A stretch of 64,000 nucleotides of DNA from Alistipes sp. (GCA_017398045.1 JAFQHI010000026.1:99513-163512); one strand, 5' to 3'; numbered from the stretch's first letter, positions 18,550-28,872 are shown. Translations and numbers: made by a program. Notes: generated by a model not told the origin, from the sequence alone.

Positions 18550-19428
18550 CTAATATTTACCCGTTAAACCAATAAAAGCATCTTCCAAGCCGACCCGCTC
18601 AACCGTAAGATCCGAAATCCCTTCGCAAGCCAATTGGGCTTTAACCTCCTCCTCCGGCTTCATTGAGAAGAGTTCAAGCGATGTGCGTATTACCGACGGG
18701 TTGTATATACCCTCGGTATTTTTCAACTCGAAGCCCTCTTTAACTTGTGCCGAGTAGCGACGGAATTTACCCAACAACTCCGAAATGGGCTGTTGCACCA
18801 AGATCTTGCCATAGTCCATAATGATACAATCGTCGATAAGACGCTCCATATCTTGTATGATGTGAGAGGTCAGGAAGACCGTTTTATTCTCGGCCTTTGC
18901 ATACTCGCGCATATAATCGACAAACAGACGACGGTAGCCGGGGTCAAGACCCAACGAGAAGTCGTCTAAAACGAGTACCTCGGCATTTTGTGCCAAAATC
19001 AAGCCCAACGCAACCTGCGACCGCTGACCACACGACATACGGTTGATGCGCTGATGAGGTGCAACTTGCAGTCGGCTCATCAGTTCGTAATATGCCGCCT
19101 TGTTCCATGATGGATAGAATGAGGCATAGAATCGCTCGATCTGCTCGATGGTCATAAATTGGTACTGCACATGCCCTTCAATGAGCAGGCTGATTTTGCG
19201 ACGAGTCAGCGGATTCATCTCACCAATCTTCTCGCCCAAGATAAGGCACTCGCCCGAACGAGGTTGCAGGAATCCGCTCAAAATATTGATGGTCGTCGTT
19301 TTGCCCGTACCGTTCTTGCCCAGTAGGCCTAATATGCGACCGCGTGGTACGTCAAACGATAAGTCTTCATATATCAGTCGCTTACCATAGTAATGGGTAA
19401 GATTACGACATTCGATTACATTTTCCAT
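18550..19428 (-). CDS. ABC transporter ATP-binding protein
   Basis: GKNGTGKTT, degenerate signature MSCGQRSQV, LVLDD, FLTSH. Confidence 0.9.
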   Translation of the reverse strand: MENVIECRNLTHYYGKRLIYEDLSFDVPRGRILGLLGKNGTGKTTTINILSGFLQPRSGECLILGEKIGEMNPLTRRKISLLIEGHVQYQFMTIEQIERFYASFYPSWNKAAYYELMSRLQVAPHQRINRMSCGQRSQVALGLILAQNAEVLVLDDFSLGLDPGYRRLFVDYMREYAKAENKTVFLTSHIIQDMERLIDDCIIMDYGKILVQQPISELLGKFRRYSAQVKEGFELKNTEGIYNPSVIRTSLELFSMKPEEEVKAQLACEGISDLTVERVGLEDAFIGLTGKY

Positions 19429-19449
19429 AGAGAGGGGTTAAGTTCTTAT

Positions 19450-20019
19450 TTATTTCACGAAAAAGAGCAGAATCAGCGGAATCGCAATGCCTATCAGCAG
19501 CTCGATACCACCGCGCCCCCAAAGACCGTGTTTGCCTTTCAGCATAACGAGTCCTGTCAGGGTGATAATGATGAGCGACACGGCAAAGATGTCGGCAAAC
19601 CAAGTCCACCATTTGCCCGGGTTGTAGTGCAGAGTGGTCATCGTACTCACTATCGGCTTGCGTTTAAGCGACTCGTAGCACACCTCTCCAGTAGTTAAGT
19701 CCGCAGTCAATGAAGAGCCCCCTTTCAGAAATACCTTTAAGTGGTTCGGTTGAGGAAAATAGTGCTTCGTATAGCTCTCATGGACCTCAACCTGCTCCAT
19801 CAGATTCAAAACGGTCTGTTTGTTAAATGCGGACTGCGAAGGGAGATTGTCGATATGGTGCAGAGTGCGGGTTACGGTGTAGTGAGGGTTGATGCTATCT
19901 CGGTGATTCATCACGAACCCCGAGATAGCATATATAAGAATCATTCCCGAGAAGAAAAACGACAGATCTCGATGAATGGTCCTGCACCACATTCGGAATT
20001 TACTACTCGACAATTTCAT
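19450..20019 (-). CDS. PepSY-associated TM helix protein
   Basis: RTIHRDLSFFFSGMILIYAISG ... TTLHYNPGKWWTWFADIFA. Confidence 0.8.
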   Translation of the reverse strand: MKLSSSKFRMWCRTIHRDLSFFFSGMILIYAISGFVMNHRDSINPHYTVTRTLHHIDNLPSQSAFNKQTVLNLMEQVEVHESYTKHYFPQPNHLKVFLKGGSSLTADLTTGEVCYESLKRKPIVSTMTTLHYNPGKWWTWFADIFAVSLIIITLTGLVMLKGKHGLWGRGGIELLIGIAIPLILLFFVK

Positions 20020-20584
20020 ACGATAATGCCTCTACATAGTAGAATGAGAGATACTCCTTGCCTACGGAAGCCTTACGAGCGGCAATCTTCGTGCGGAAAT
20101 CGGCGATGCGCTCTGCAACCGTGTTACCGGTTTCGCCACGTGCAGCCTTCTCCGAGTCACAACCGGCCTCAACCTCTCCGTGCTGCTCAGCAGTCTGTGC
20201 AGCAACGGCAGCCTCCCAACGTTGCAGATATGCCTCATCTACGCGCTCCTCACGCAAAATGCCATTCACCTTTACAATGCTGTTTACACATTTCTGATCG
20301 AACGACCCGAGCTTGCAAGCCTCAATGCGAATGGTCTTCGTGTCGTCGCTACCCATCATAAAAATTTTGGTGCCACCGTGCGAGCAGATGTGGGTGCAAA
20401 CACCCTCCAACGCAATCTGCTGGTCGGTCAAAGCCTCTGCCTCTGTCAAAACAGCGTCAATCTCCATCGAGGTCGTAGCCTCGGTTGCCTCGGCTGCGTT
20501 GTCAGCAGCCTTCTTCGAATTGTTACCACCGCAGGCAACAAACATGGTCGCTGCCACCAAAAGAATCATCAATTTTGTTTTCAT
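20003..20584 (-). CDS. Lipoprotein of unknown function with a CxHxCxH motif
   Basis: Lipobox FVAC; GVCTHICSHGG and GCDSE motifs. Confidence 0.7.
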   Translation of the reverse strand: MKTKLMILLVAATMFVACGGNNSKKAADNAAEATEATTSMEIDAVLTEAEALTDQQIALEGVCTHICSHGGTKIFMMGSDDTKTIRIEACKLGSFDQKCVNSIVKVNGILREERVDEAYLQRWEAAVAAQTAEQHGEVEAGCDSEKAARGETGNTVAERIADFRTKIAARKASVGKEYLSFYYVEALSYEIVE

Positions 20585-20610
20585 AAATTACCTATGTTTT
20601 AGTTATACAT

Positions 20611-22227
20611 TTAAAAATTACATCCAATTTGAAGTGACACTATATGTCGCATTGCATTGTCAAGATATATTGTATTGAGTGCTTTGCAAAAGGTATAGCT
20701 CAATTCGATATAACTACGCACGCCCTTTTCTCCTATGCGATGAGAGTAACGTGCATTTGCACCTGCTTGAAAGCGGGTGGCTGTATGATATTCATAATCA
20801 CGCATAAGAAGTTCGTCAAGGGTGCGAGTCAAGGTTTCTGCGTTGTTTGAGTTGTTGTATTTCCCATCCTCGCAACAGTCGCCAGTGCCTGCCTGATATC
20901 CCAAATTGATTCTAGCAGAGAACAGACCTTGACCTAGGCTGAAATTCCGTTCAAGCGACGAAGAGAGTTTCCACCACGCAATATCTTGCAGACGATAATC
21001 TGGATAGTTTACAGCATTTTGTTTACGGAGATCGAAATCCGACCTGATATCAATCTGCCAGCGCGGCAACTCTTGTTCAATATCAAGCCGAGCCGTATAT
21101 TGCAATGATATGTTCTGCTCGGTGCGCTCGCCAACCTCCGCATCTCCGAGATAGACATAATAGTTGATACCTACCTCGTCGTTGCGAAAATCATAGATAT
21201 TCTCACGATTCTCCACTTTTCGCTGCTCTGCAACGACTCGCAGCGTGTGGGTACTGCGCAATCCCGTATAGACAAGTTGGCTGTTATAAGCGAGTTGCTC
21301 TCCCGAGTGGGTCGAATAGACTACCGTCGAGGGTGAGTCGTCACCATAGAAGCCTGTTCTGGTGCGATATGACACTTCATTAAACCACTCCCAACGAGTT
21401 CCAATACGCCATGACAGTTGCAACGAACCGCCGTGGTACGAATCGAAGAGAGGCTTTGCCTCATTCTCTTTTGTATACCCTGTATCGCTAAAAAGTTCGC
21501 GTTTACCGAAAAATGCCCCATAATCAACCAGCGTATAGTAGAGTTTGTCGGTAGTGCCATACATACTAAGCAGCAGGCTCTCGTTGCGACGTCGGTAGGC
21601 GTAGTTCGCGCCTATGGTGAGACGCTCGGCAAGACGATAGCTCAATCCTGCGGTCAGAGACATATCCATCAGCGAATTTGTGTGGCGTAGGTCTTTACGC
21701 TTGGCATAATTTGCTGCAGTATAGTCGAACTTCAATCCTCCCGCTAACCTACGTGTAAGGTTGAGTCCTACGGCTCCTGCAAGATGATAGTTCTCTAGTT
21801 GCTTGTTTCCAGGGTTGTCTTCGCTAAATTCAACCAGATCAAAAGGTGTTTGAGTGGGGTCAATAAAGTATGAACCTGTCATCTCCCTACCTCTGAAATT
21901 ACTATAATCCACCTCACCCCATACGGTAACACGCTCCGAGATAGGATAAAACGATAACCCTTTCAACCCCCATTTGTAACCGTTCTTTGCCTCATTATAA
22001 TTACGAAGTCCGCCCGAAAATAGTTCTCCATAGAAACCTACCTCAGAGATGCGGGAGCTTACCGGCAATACGGTCAGTCCTGAGGCATTCTCGCTCGTAA
22101 GCCACGGAAATTGCTGTTGCAAATCAGCAGGACGCAACCACGACACATCTTGTGCCATTAAGGTGGAACCAAAGGCCCCACCTATAATGGCTATACAAAA
22201 TGATAATATTTGCCGTCTTAATCTCAT
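20611..22227 (-). CDS. DUF6850-like outer membrane beta-barrel protein
   Basis: Signal peptide, PWLTSENASGL, YAKRKDLRH, alternating beta pattern, terminal Phe. Confidence 0.7.
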   Translation of the reverse strand: MRLRRQILSFCIAIIGGAFGSTLMAQDVSWLRPADLQQQFPWLTSENASGLTVLPVSSRISEVGFYGELFSGGLRNYNEAKNGYKWGLKGLSFYPISERVTVWGEVDYSNFRGREMTGSYFIDPTQTPFDLVEFSEDNPGNKQLENYHLAGAVGLNLTRRLAGGLKFDYTAANYAKRKDLRHTNSLMDMSLTAGLSYRLAERLTIGANYAYRRRNESLLLSMYGTTDKLYYTLVDYGAFFGKRELFSDTGYTKENEAKPLFDSYHGGSLQLSWRIGTRWEWFNEVSYRTRTGFYGDDSPSTVVYSTHSGEQLAYNSQLVYTGLRSTHTLRVVAEQRKVENRENIYDFRNDEVGINYYVYLGDAEVGERTEQNISLQYTARLDIEQELPRWQIDIRSDFDLRKQNAVNYPDYRLQDIAWWKLSSSLERNFSLGQGLFSARINLGYQAGTGDCCEDGKYNNSNNAETLTRTLDELLMRDYEYHTATRFQAGANARYSHRIGEKGVRSYIELSYTFCKALNTIYLDNAMRHIVSLQIGCNF

Positions 22228-22236
22228 CAGCAGGGA

Positions 22237-23604
22237 TTACTTTTTCAGGCTTGCCTTTGCGCGTTGATGGAAATCTTTTCCTGAGTTATTGGTATCTTGG
22301 AAGACGATATGAGCGCCGTTTGCCATCGATGCTTCTGCGTCAATAGTACTCGGATCGGTAGATGTAGTCCCATTAGAATCGGTTCCCAAGGCGTAGTTAT
22401 ACACTAGTTTGCCTTCATTCTCGGGCAGAGCCTCGGTCGCAGCCTTATCCACATTACGATAGATTGAGTAGCCTTGAGCGTTGGTAAAGGTTACATAGCC
22501 CGTATTCACGGTCGAAGCAAATCGTTCCTTTGATTTGTCAAGCTTATCGGCCTGCCATACCTCAACAGCATCAAGAATCCACTCGTTTTTAACCTTCACA
22601 CCGGCATAAACCTTATTGCCCTCTTTGCCAGGACTGAAGAAGGTATTTTCGGCATTCATACCATATTCGTAAATAGCTGTATCGCCCGAAGAGAAGATGA
22701 AGAATGCAGGTGAATTGTTCGATATTGCCCATGAATTACCCTGCGCAACGAAGGCAATCTTGAAGTAGTTGTCCGTAGGAATCGTTTCAGACGGAGCGGG
22801 GTGATAACTTGTGTTAATCGCTCTATCGAAGCCATCAACGTGGTAGAATACGTAGTCGGCATTGCTCAGATCGACCGAATTTGAGTAGGTCGTTGTGTGG
22901 TTGATTGCACCATTCAACACAACGGTAGCCGATGTATAGGGTGCCAGAACAAACTCCTTAGGCAAGAAGATAACGCCCTGCCACGAGGGAGTATAACCCT
23001 CATTTGCATAGACCAATGCGCCTGCCGAATCGACATTATAGTTGGTGGCGTGAGCATTAGAGGGATTGCACATACCCATACCAAAATTGGCAAGACGTGC
23101 TTCTACCGGAGAGTTGTTGTAGATTACAACATATTTATCATACTGATAAAGACCCGAACCGTCGTCCTTCTGACAACCGCCGAAATAGAACTCCTTGATC
23201 ATCAGCTGCTGTGAGCCTTGACTAACTGCTGCCTCAGCTTTCAGTGCCAAAGCCTCCTGTGCAGTGAAGTTCTCCGCTGTAATAATTGCTTCGACCGAAT
23301 AATTAACAGCATAAGCAACACCGTCGTTAGCCATTGTCTTCGATGCCGTAAAGGTGTAGCGATCGAGCGTAAGATCGAAGGTTGCAACGCCATTGTCATC
23401 GGTTACCGCAGTAAAGGATGTTCCTGTTGAATTGAGTGCCGTAACCTCAATCTCTGACAAATCCGCATCGGGAATCTGTTCGGGTGCAAGAAGTTGCAAT
23501 GTTACGGCGTAGGTACGATACTTATCGATGTCATCATCATCGGTGCAGGCTACCATGCCAATCATCATTGCCGCTATGGCAAATAAAGAAAACAATTTTT
23601 TCAT
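22237..23604 (-). CDS. DUF4876-like surface lipoprotein
   Basis: Lipobox MVAC-TDDDD; LMIKEFYFGGC, YDKYVVIYNNS, WILDAVEV, QDTNNSGKDF. Confidence 0.75.
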   Translation of the reverse strand: MKKLFSLFAIAAMMIGMVACTDDDDIDKYRTYAVTLQLLAPEQIPDADLSEIEVTALNSTGTSFTAVTDDNGVATFDLTLDRYTFTASKTMANDGVAYAVNYSVEAIITAENFTAQEALALKAEAAVSQGSQQLMIKEFYFGGCQKDDGSGLYQYDKYVVIYNNSPVEARLANFGMGMCNPSNAHATNYNVDSAGALVYANEGYTPSWQGVIFLPKEFVLAPYTSATVVLNGAINHTTTYSNSVDLSNADYVFYHVDGFDRAINTSYHPAPSETIPTDNYFKIAFVAQGNSWAISNNSPAFFIFSSGDTAIYEYGMNAENTFFSPGKEGNKVYAGVKVKNEWILDAVEVWQADKLDKSKERFASTVNTGYVTFTNAQGYSIYRNVDKAATEALPENEGKLVYNYALGTDSNGTTSTDPSTIDAEASMANGAHIVFQDTNNSGKDFHQRAKASLKK

Positions 23605-23631
23605 TGTGCTAATTATTTAATGTTATACATA

Positions 23632-26586
23632 TTAAAATTTCAAACGTAACGATAGCCCATAATAGAACTTGGGGATGTAACCACTATCAAATAGAGATGA
23701 TTCAAGCCCTGTCTGAGACGAATGTACTTTGCCCATATTATAAAAAAAGTTTCGGGCATAGAAGGTTACGGAGGCTGTCTTGCCTATCTCTTTTGTCAAA
23801 TTAAAATTTGCAGCAAAATAGCTCGAGACGCGATTCTCGTTAAAATAATATCCCGTGTTGCTTTTTACGACCAGACGCGTTAATTCATTGTATAGTTCCT
23901 TGTCGTTCTCTTTTGCCCAAAGAAACTTTTCGAGGAAAGGGATCTTTGTATCTGGTTCCTCCCACGTGGTGTAATATTCAGGATATATGGCCACATAGCT
24001 GTTTTTGTTATATAGCGTCTCATCCGTACCTACAAAATCATCTGCATCGGCCAGCAATCGGCCCCGCATCTGACCATTGGAATACTCACTTATATGCTGG
24101 TTATAGTTGAGGAACGACGCCTCTATCCTAACCGAAAAGATCATACGAATCTTTGGTATATGAGTAATAATCGTCAGGTTAGTGTTGGCCTGTTTCGAGA
24201 GCGAGCCATTTGACGCGCTAGCACCACCCGCATAATAACCTATGTAACGATAGTGTTGTCCGTTGCTCATCATTGCTGATGGTACCGAGGCCATAATTTG
24301 GTCATTCAAACCCTTGTACCAATAAAAGTTTCCATCAATGCGAATCTGTGTGCGAATCGGCTTAATCTGCGCAAAGTCAATGACGTAGTCAATACCTCGA
24401 CGCTCCACGGCCGTTCCGTTGGTGTACTCGCTCTGCGATACAAATGTATTGAGTTGCTTATAGCCCAATTTTTGATCGGCAACTGCTCCCGTGCGATCCT
24501 TGACAACGACAACGCCTGTCTGCTTATCCACGACATAGATTCTATTCGCAGAAGGTATCGTACAATCATTCTCGATGTTCGTCTGCGTCGTCAGTTTGTA
24601 TGAGAACGGGGTGTAGATATTTCGGCTTGTATATGGATTGTGCGTTTTGTTGCGGAACGCCGAGATTGATATGTGCGTACCTGCAATAGTCGCTTCTACA
24701 CCTATTTCGTTCTGAATGGTATATTGCCACTTCAAATCGGGATTGTAGCGAGGTGTTGTGGGTTGGGTGTAGTAAGCATAGAAAGTCTTTCCCTCGGCCG
24801 TTGTGCCCGGTGCAAAAGAGAGTCGGTCACTGTATGTCGGAGCTGGGTAAAGAATGGCAAACGATGGTTGTTTCACCGACTTACCCCAGCCACCATATAT
24901 TGAGAGGTCGCTAATAACGGACTCTCTATGCTCCCAGAAGACATACCTTGCATTGACACGAGGAGAGAAATTCGCCACCGTGCCATATTCGGAGTCCTTG
25001 ATGAATGTGATGTCAGAACGAAGCCCCGCCGTCAGGCTCAACGAGGAGCGCGCCCCAATGGGGGTCGAGAATTTATCCTCGGCAAAGAGGGCGAGGTTAT
25101 TCATAAACGGCAGCTCATCGTAGCGATATTCTCGCCAAGTTGGAGCTGTTCGCATATCTTCATAGTAGAGACCTCGTCCGAGGTTGCCACTACCATTAAA
25201 CTCTACACCAATAAGCAACTTATTATATAGTTCCGACCAACGCTTTACCCAATCGGCTTTGGCCTTGAACGAATAAGTAATCGGTTTAGAATCGGTATAT
25301 GCCCTCAAATACCAATAACCCGTTGGGCCAAGAATAATATCCGCATTGGGATTCTCATCATATACCTCACCGACATAGTATCCCGTTTCGGTGCTATGAA
25401 TGTATGGTTGAGTCGATGCAGAACTCTTGTTACTATTTGTCTCGTTCAGTCGATCGCTATATGAAGCGGTCGCTTGCAGAGATAGATTCGATATCCACGA
25501 GCGGTCAAGCAGCCAATCAAATTTCAGATTGCCTCGCAACAGATAATCACGTTGCTTGGTGTAAGTATCTTTGAACTCATCAGGGTCGGCTTCAGAGTTA
25601 TACCCTCCGAAGTTACCTCCCAACGATGCAGAAAATCGTATCGGGTGTTCTCTGCTGTCGTGCAGCGTATTTGAGTAAGTCAAACTCAGATTGTTTCGGC
25701 TGTATGCAGTATAGGGCGACGCCAGATTGCTAATCGAACGCGTATGCTCCAAATTCGTATTGAGAACCCCGACCTTATTGCCTAATTGGAAACCTTTACT
25801 TAAAGCAACCGACTTTGTTTTGGGCTCCATCGTAAACTCGACAATATAGGGAGTGTGGCCCTTGCGAGTGTTAATCTTTACCATACCATTCGACAGATCG
25901 CCATACTCAACCGACGGGATACCCGTAACAATCTCGATAGATTCGATGTTAGAAGAACCGATGTTGCGCAAATCAATGCCTTTGGTTTCGCTCAAAACCG
26001 CATTGTTTTCCAAACGCTGACCATCTATGTTGATTGCCGTGCCAAAAGAAGCGTGTCCAAGTTCGCTGGTTGCCCCAGCATGTAACGCTATGCGATTAGA
26101 CGACGATGCAAGGTTCTGATCTCCAACCGTTTTACCACCCGGTAATAATGTTGTCAAATGATTCAGATTAACTAGCTGAGAGTGTTCCAGCGTGTTACGA
26201 TCGATAATATACGAACTGGATTGGTTCTCTGTACGATGTTGAGCTGTGACTACCACCTCTTCAAGCGTTAGATTATTCTCGCTCAGAGCTACATTATGAA
26301 CATTCTCGCCCGCTACCAATTTCAGTTCAATGGTCTGAGACTGATAGCCAAGAAAAGAGATTTGCACAGTGATGACTGACTTGCCGATATTTCGAATCTT
26401 ATAATATCCATCATTATCACTAATAGCCCAAAGACCTTTTGTATCTATCGTAATAGCAGCACCGGTAATTGGTTCTGAACTGTTTTTATCTGTTATGCGG
26501 CCCGAAAGCGAAAATGAATTTTGAGCATAACATTCAACCGAACCAATTACGATGAGGCCTATAATATATACCAAGAGATTTTTCAA
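23632..26586 (-). CDS. TonB-dependent receptor (TTG start)
   Basis: Carboxypeptidase-like N-domain, LEEVVVTA, plug IESIEIVTGIPSVEYGDLSNG, NFSPRVNARY, C-terminal YYGLSLRLKF. Confidence 0.9.
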   Translation of the reverse strand: MKNLLVYIIGLIVIGSVECYAQNSFSLSGRITDKNSSEPITGAAITIDTKGLWAISDNDGYYKIRNIGKSVITVQISFLGYQSQTIELKLVAGENVHNVALSENNLTLEEVVVTAQHRTENQSSSYIIDRNTLEHSQLVNLNHLTTLLPGGKTVGDQNLASSSNRIALHAGATSELGHASFGTAINIDGQRLENNAVLSETKGIDLRNIGSSNIESIEIVTGIPSVEYGDLSNGMVKINTRKGHTPYIVEFTMEPKTKSVALSKGFQLGNKVGVLNTNLEHTRSISNLASPYTAYSRNNLSLTYSNTLHDSREHPIRFSASLGGNFGGYNSEADPDEFKDTYTKQRDYLLRGNLKFDWLLDRSWISNLSLQATASYSDRLNETNSNKSSASTQPYIHSTETGYYVGEVYDENPNADIILGPTGYWYLRAYTDSKPITYSFKAKADWVKRWSELYNKLLIGVEFNGSGNLGRGLYYEDMRTAPTWREYRYDELPFMNNLALFAEDKFSTPIGARSSLSLTAGLRSDITFIKDSEYGTVANFSPRVNARYVFWEHRESVISDLSIYGGWGKSVKQPSFAILYPAPTYSDRLSFAPGTTAEGKTFYAYYTQPTTPRYNPDLKWQYTIQNEIGVEATIAGTHISISAFRNKTHNPYTSRNIYTPFSYKLTTQTNIENDCTIPSANRIYVVDKQTGVVVVKDRTGAVADQKLGYKQLNTFVSQSEYTNGTAVERRGIDYVIDFAQIKPIRTQIRIDGNFYWYKGLNDQIMASVPSAMMSNGQHYRYIGYYAGGASASNGSLSKQANTNLTIITHIPKIRMIFSVRIEASFLNYNQHISEYSNGQMRGRLLADADDFVGTDETLYNKNSYVAIYPEYYTTWEEPDTKIPFLEKFLWAKENDKELYNELTRLVVKSNTGYYFNENRVSSYFAANFNLTKEIGKTASVTFYARNFFYNMGKVHSSQTGLESSLFDSGYIPKFYYGLSLRLKF

Positions 26587-26640
26587 TTCAACAATATATA
26601 ATTACTGGGTGCAAAATTACCTGCGGAAAACAAGGTGGAC

Positions 26641-26702
26641 AATACTCCAATTTTAGTATTTTTGAGAGCTATCGAACATATTTTCACTAAATTTTGGTAT
26701 TG
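26641..26702. promoter_or_regulatory. Candidate LuxR-type operator pair between divergent promoters
   Basis: aatactccaattttagtatt and cactaaattttggtatt lie between TAATTTTG elements on opposite strands. Confidence 0.4.
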
Positions 26703-26749
26703 TCTATTTATAAATAGGTAAGTAATTTTGCATCAATAAATAAGGAAAA

Positions 26750-27703
26750 ATGGATGATTCTATGAGTTATAAACTAACTGATAAGATGCGTGATTTGGTC
26801 AAGGACAACAGCGCGTTGATCCTTGTTATGGGGCGTTTTGGCATATCGTTGGGATTTGGCGATAAATCAGTTAGTGAGGTGTGCCGAATGCACCATGTTA
26901 ACGAAAATACATTCTTGGAAGTTGTTAATTTTGTTTCAAACAAAGAATACAATTATGAATTGATTTCGCTGCCATCGCTCATCGGCTACCTAAAACAAGC
27001 TCACGAATATTATTTGGATTTTAATTTGCCAAATATCCGTCGAAAACTCATAGAAGCCATTGATTGTTCGGGGACCGATGAACTCGCAATGCTAATTTTG
27101 AAATTCTATGATGAGTATGTAACCGAAGTGAGAAAGCATATGGAGTATGAAAATGATGTGGTATTCTCCTATGTAGAACAATTGTCGCAAGGTTTCTTGA
27201 ATCGCAATTTCACTATCTCTAATTTTGCAGGAAAGCACACCCCTATTGGCTATAAACTTAAAGAGCTGAAAGATATTATCATTCGTTATTATCCCGGAAA
27301 GAACAACTACCAACTTAATCAGGTCCTATTGGAAATTATCTTAAGTGAGCAAGATTTGACCTCGCACTGTATGATTGAGGATAAGTTATTTGTTCCCGCA
27401 GTAAAACTCATAGAACAACAACTGAAAAAGAGTGGGCAGATTCAATACACAGATGAAACAGATAGCGAAAGTATCGATAAAGATAAGTTGGAGGTGCTGA
27501 GCGCGCGAGAAAAAGATATTATTATTTGCGTAGCCAAGGGTATGAATAATAAGGAGATTGCAGATTATCTGTATCTATCAGTTCATACTGTAACCACCCA
27601 TCGCCGCAATATATCCAACAAATTGCAGATTCACACCACCGCAGGCTTAATCATCTATGCCATTGCCAATAAACTGGTAAACATTGAGGAGATACAGAAG
27701 TAA
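26750..27703 (+). CDS. Transcriptional regulator: ScdA/RIC-hemerythrin-like domain plus LuxR HTH
   Basis: YLKQAHEYY, KHMEYENDVVF, SHCMIEDKLFVP (HxxxE pairs); LSAREKDIIICVAKGMNNKEIADYLYLSVHTVTTHRRNI. Confidence 0.85.
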   Translation: MDDSMSYKLTDKMRDLVKDNSALILVMGRFGISLGFGDKSVSEVCRMHHVNENTFLEVVNFVSNKEYNYELISLPSLIGYLKQAHEYYLDFNLPNIRRKLIEAIDCSGTDELAMLILKFYDEYVTEVRKHMEYENDVVFSYVEQLSQGFLNRNFTISNFAGKHTPIGYKLKELKDIIIRYYPGKNNYQLNQVLLEIILSEQDLTSHCMIEDKLFVPAVKLIEQQLKKSGQIQYTDETDSESIDKDKLEVLSAREKDIIICVAKGMNNKEIADYLYLSVHTVTTHRRNISNKLQIHTTAGLIIYAIANKLVNIEEIQK

Positions 27704-27752
27704 AACCTTAAATCAATATGTTTTTCCAACCTTATTACACTCCTTCCCAATG

Positions 27753-28643
27753 TTAAATTAACAGGGTTCGGTTTTTAATACGGGTCTCGTGACTCTTCGG
27801 GATTTTAGGCGGTGGATTCTCTGCCCGATTCGATTGGCTGATTAGCTGCCATGAACGACGCCAACAATCAACCCTGTACACGAGTACCTCGTTATTGATT
27901 TTGTTGTAGAGTTTGACCTCTGTCTCTTTTCTACTCGGCTTGCGGACGGTAACCATGAAGATCACCTTCTTTACGATCTCTATCTTTTCGTTTAGCGACA
28001 ACTTCTCATCATCAATCTCTTCCGATAGTAACACATCGTTTATCTGACACTGTTTCATCGCCGACTCATTGGCAAGTTCAACCAATCTCGTCTCGATCTC
28101 CATCTGTTCTACCGAGAGCTCTGCAATCAACTCTTCGGCGCGAGCTTTTCGCAATCTGCCGAAAATGAAACGCTCCTCGACTCGTTCCATCTTATCGTGA
28201 ATAGAGGATAGCTCTCGATTCAGATGCTCGATTTTTGCGGATAGGGTTCCAATCTCTTTGAGGAGCTGTTTGTGTAAGAGTTCTTTGTTTACCACAAACT
28301 TTTCATATAGCTCTTTGGCGACGCTCCAGACCAATGGATCGATGTTGTGCTCAATCAGAAAATCTCGAATGCTGAATAATACCAACTGCCTACGGCTTAA
28401 TCTCGATAGTTCGTAAATATACACCGCCGTAATGGTCGGATTGGTACGAATATGCTCTTTGAGTTTGTTCAGCCCACGCCGCTCCTCCTCGGAGAGTTTA
28501 ATGGCCGACTCCTTATCCTCAATTACGATTACCTCCTCCTTCTTGTATCCATCTTTGTATACCTCCCGCAAAATCTCCTCGGTCTGCTGCCTTAGATCCT
28601 GCTGCAAGGTGCTTACTCTACTTAAAACAATCGCTTTTCTCAT
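27753..28643 (-). pseudogene. Large serine recombinase with an apparent in-frame internal deletion
   Basis: LSRVSTLQQD and YELSRLSR catalytic N-domain joined after ~100 aa directly to a C-terminal coiled coil. Confidence 0.65.
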
Positions 28644-28766
28644 TCATAATATACTGATTTGTAATAATATAACAAACAATCAGCATATCTTTAGCGAGTT
28701 CTTATAGTTTTACCATGGTTTTATGGGAGGACTTAGGAGGGATTTTAAGCACGGGGAGGCCGTAGG

Positions 28767-28872
28767 CCATCCCCTCCTCTTCGCAAAAGGGTTTGCAAGG
28801 GCCTTGGGGGATTGGCTACTACGCGAGCTATAGGCTCGCTCCGTGACGCCTTTCCCCTCCGCTCGCCGCGGG
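28767..28872 (+). repeat. 105-bp direct repeat, right copy
   Basis: Matches 15721-15825. Confidence 0.9.

Larger units (their letters stand above)
15721..28872. mobile_element. AT-rich genomic island next to tRNA-Ser
   Basis: Abrupt compositional shift, terminal direct repeats, and transposase, tyrosine-integrase and serine-recombinase remnants. Confidence 0.75.
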
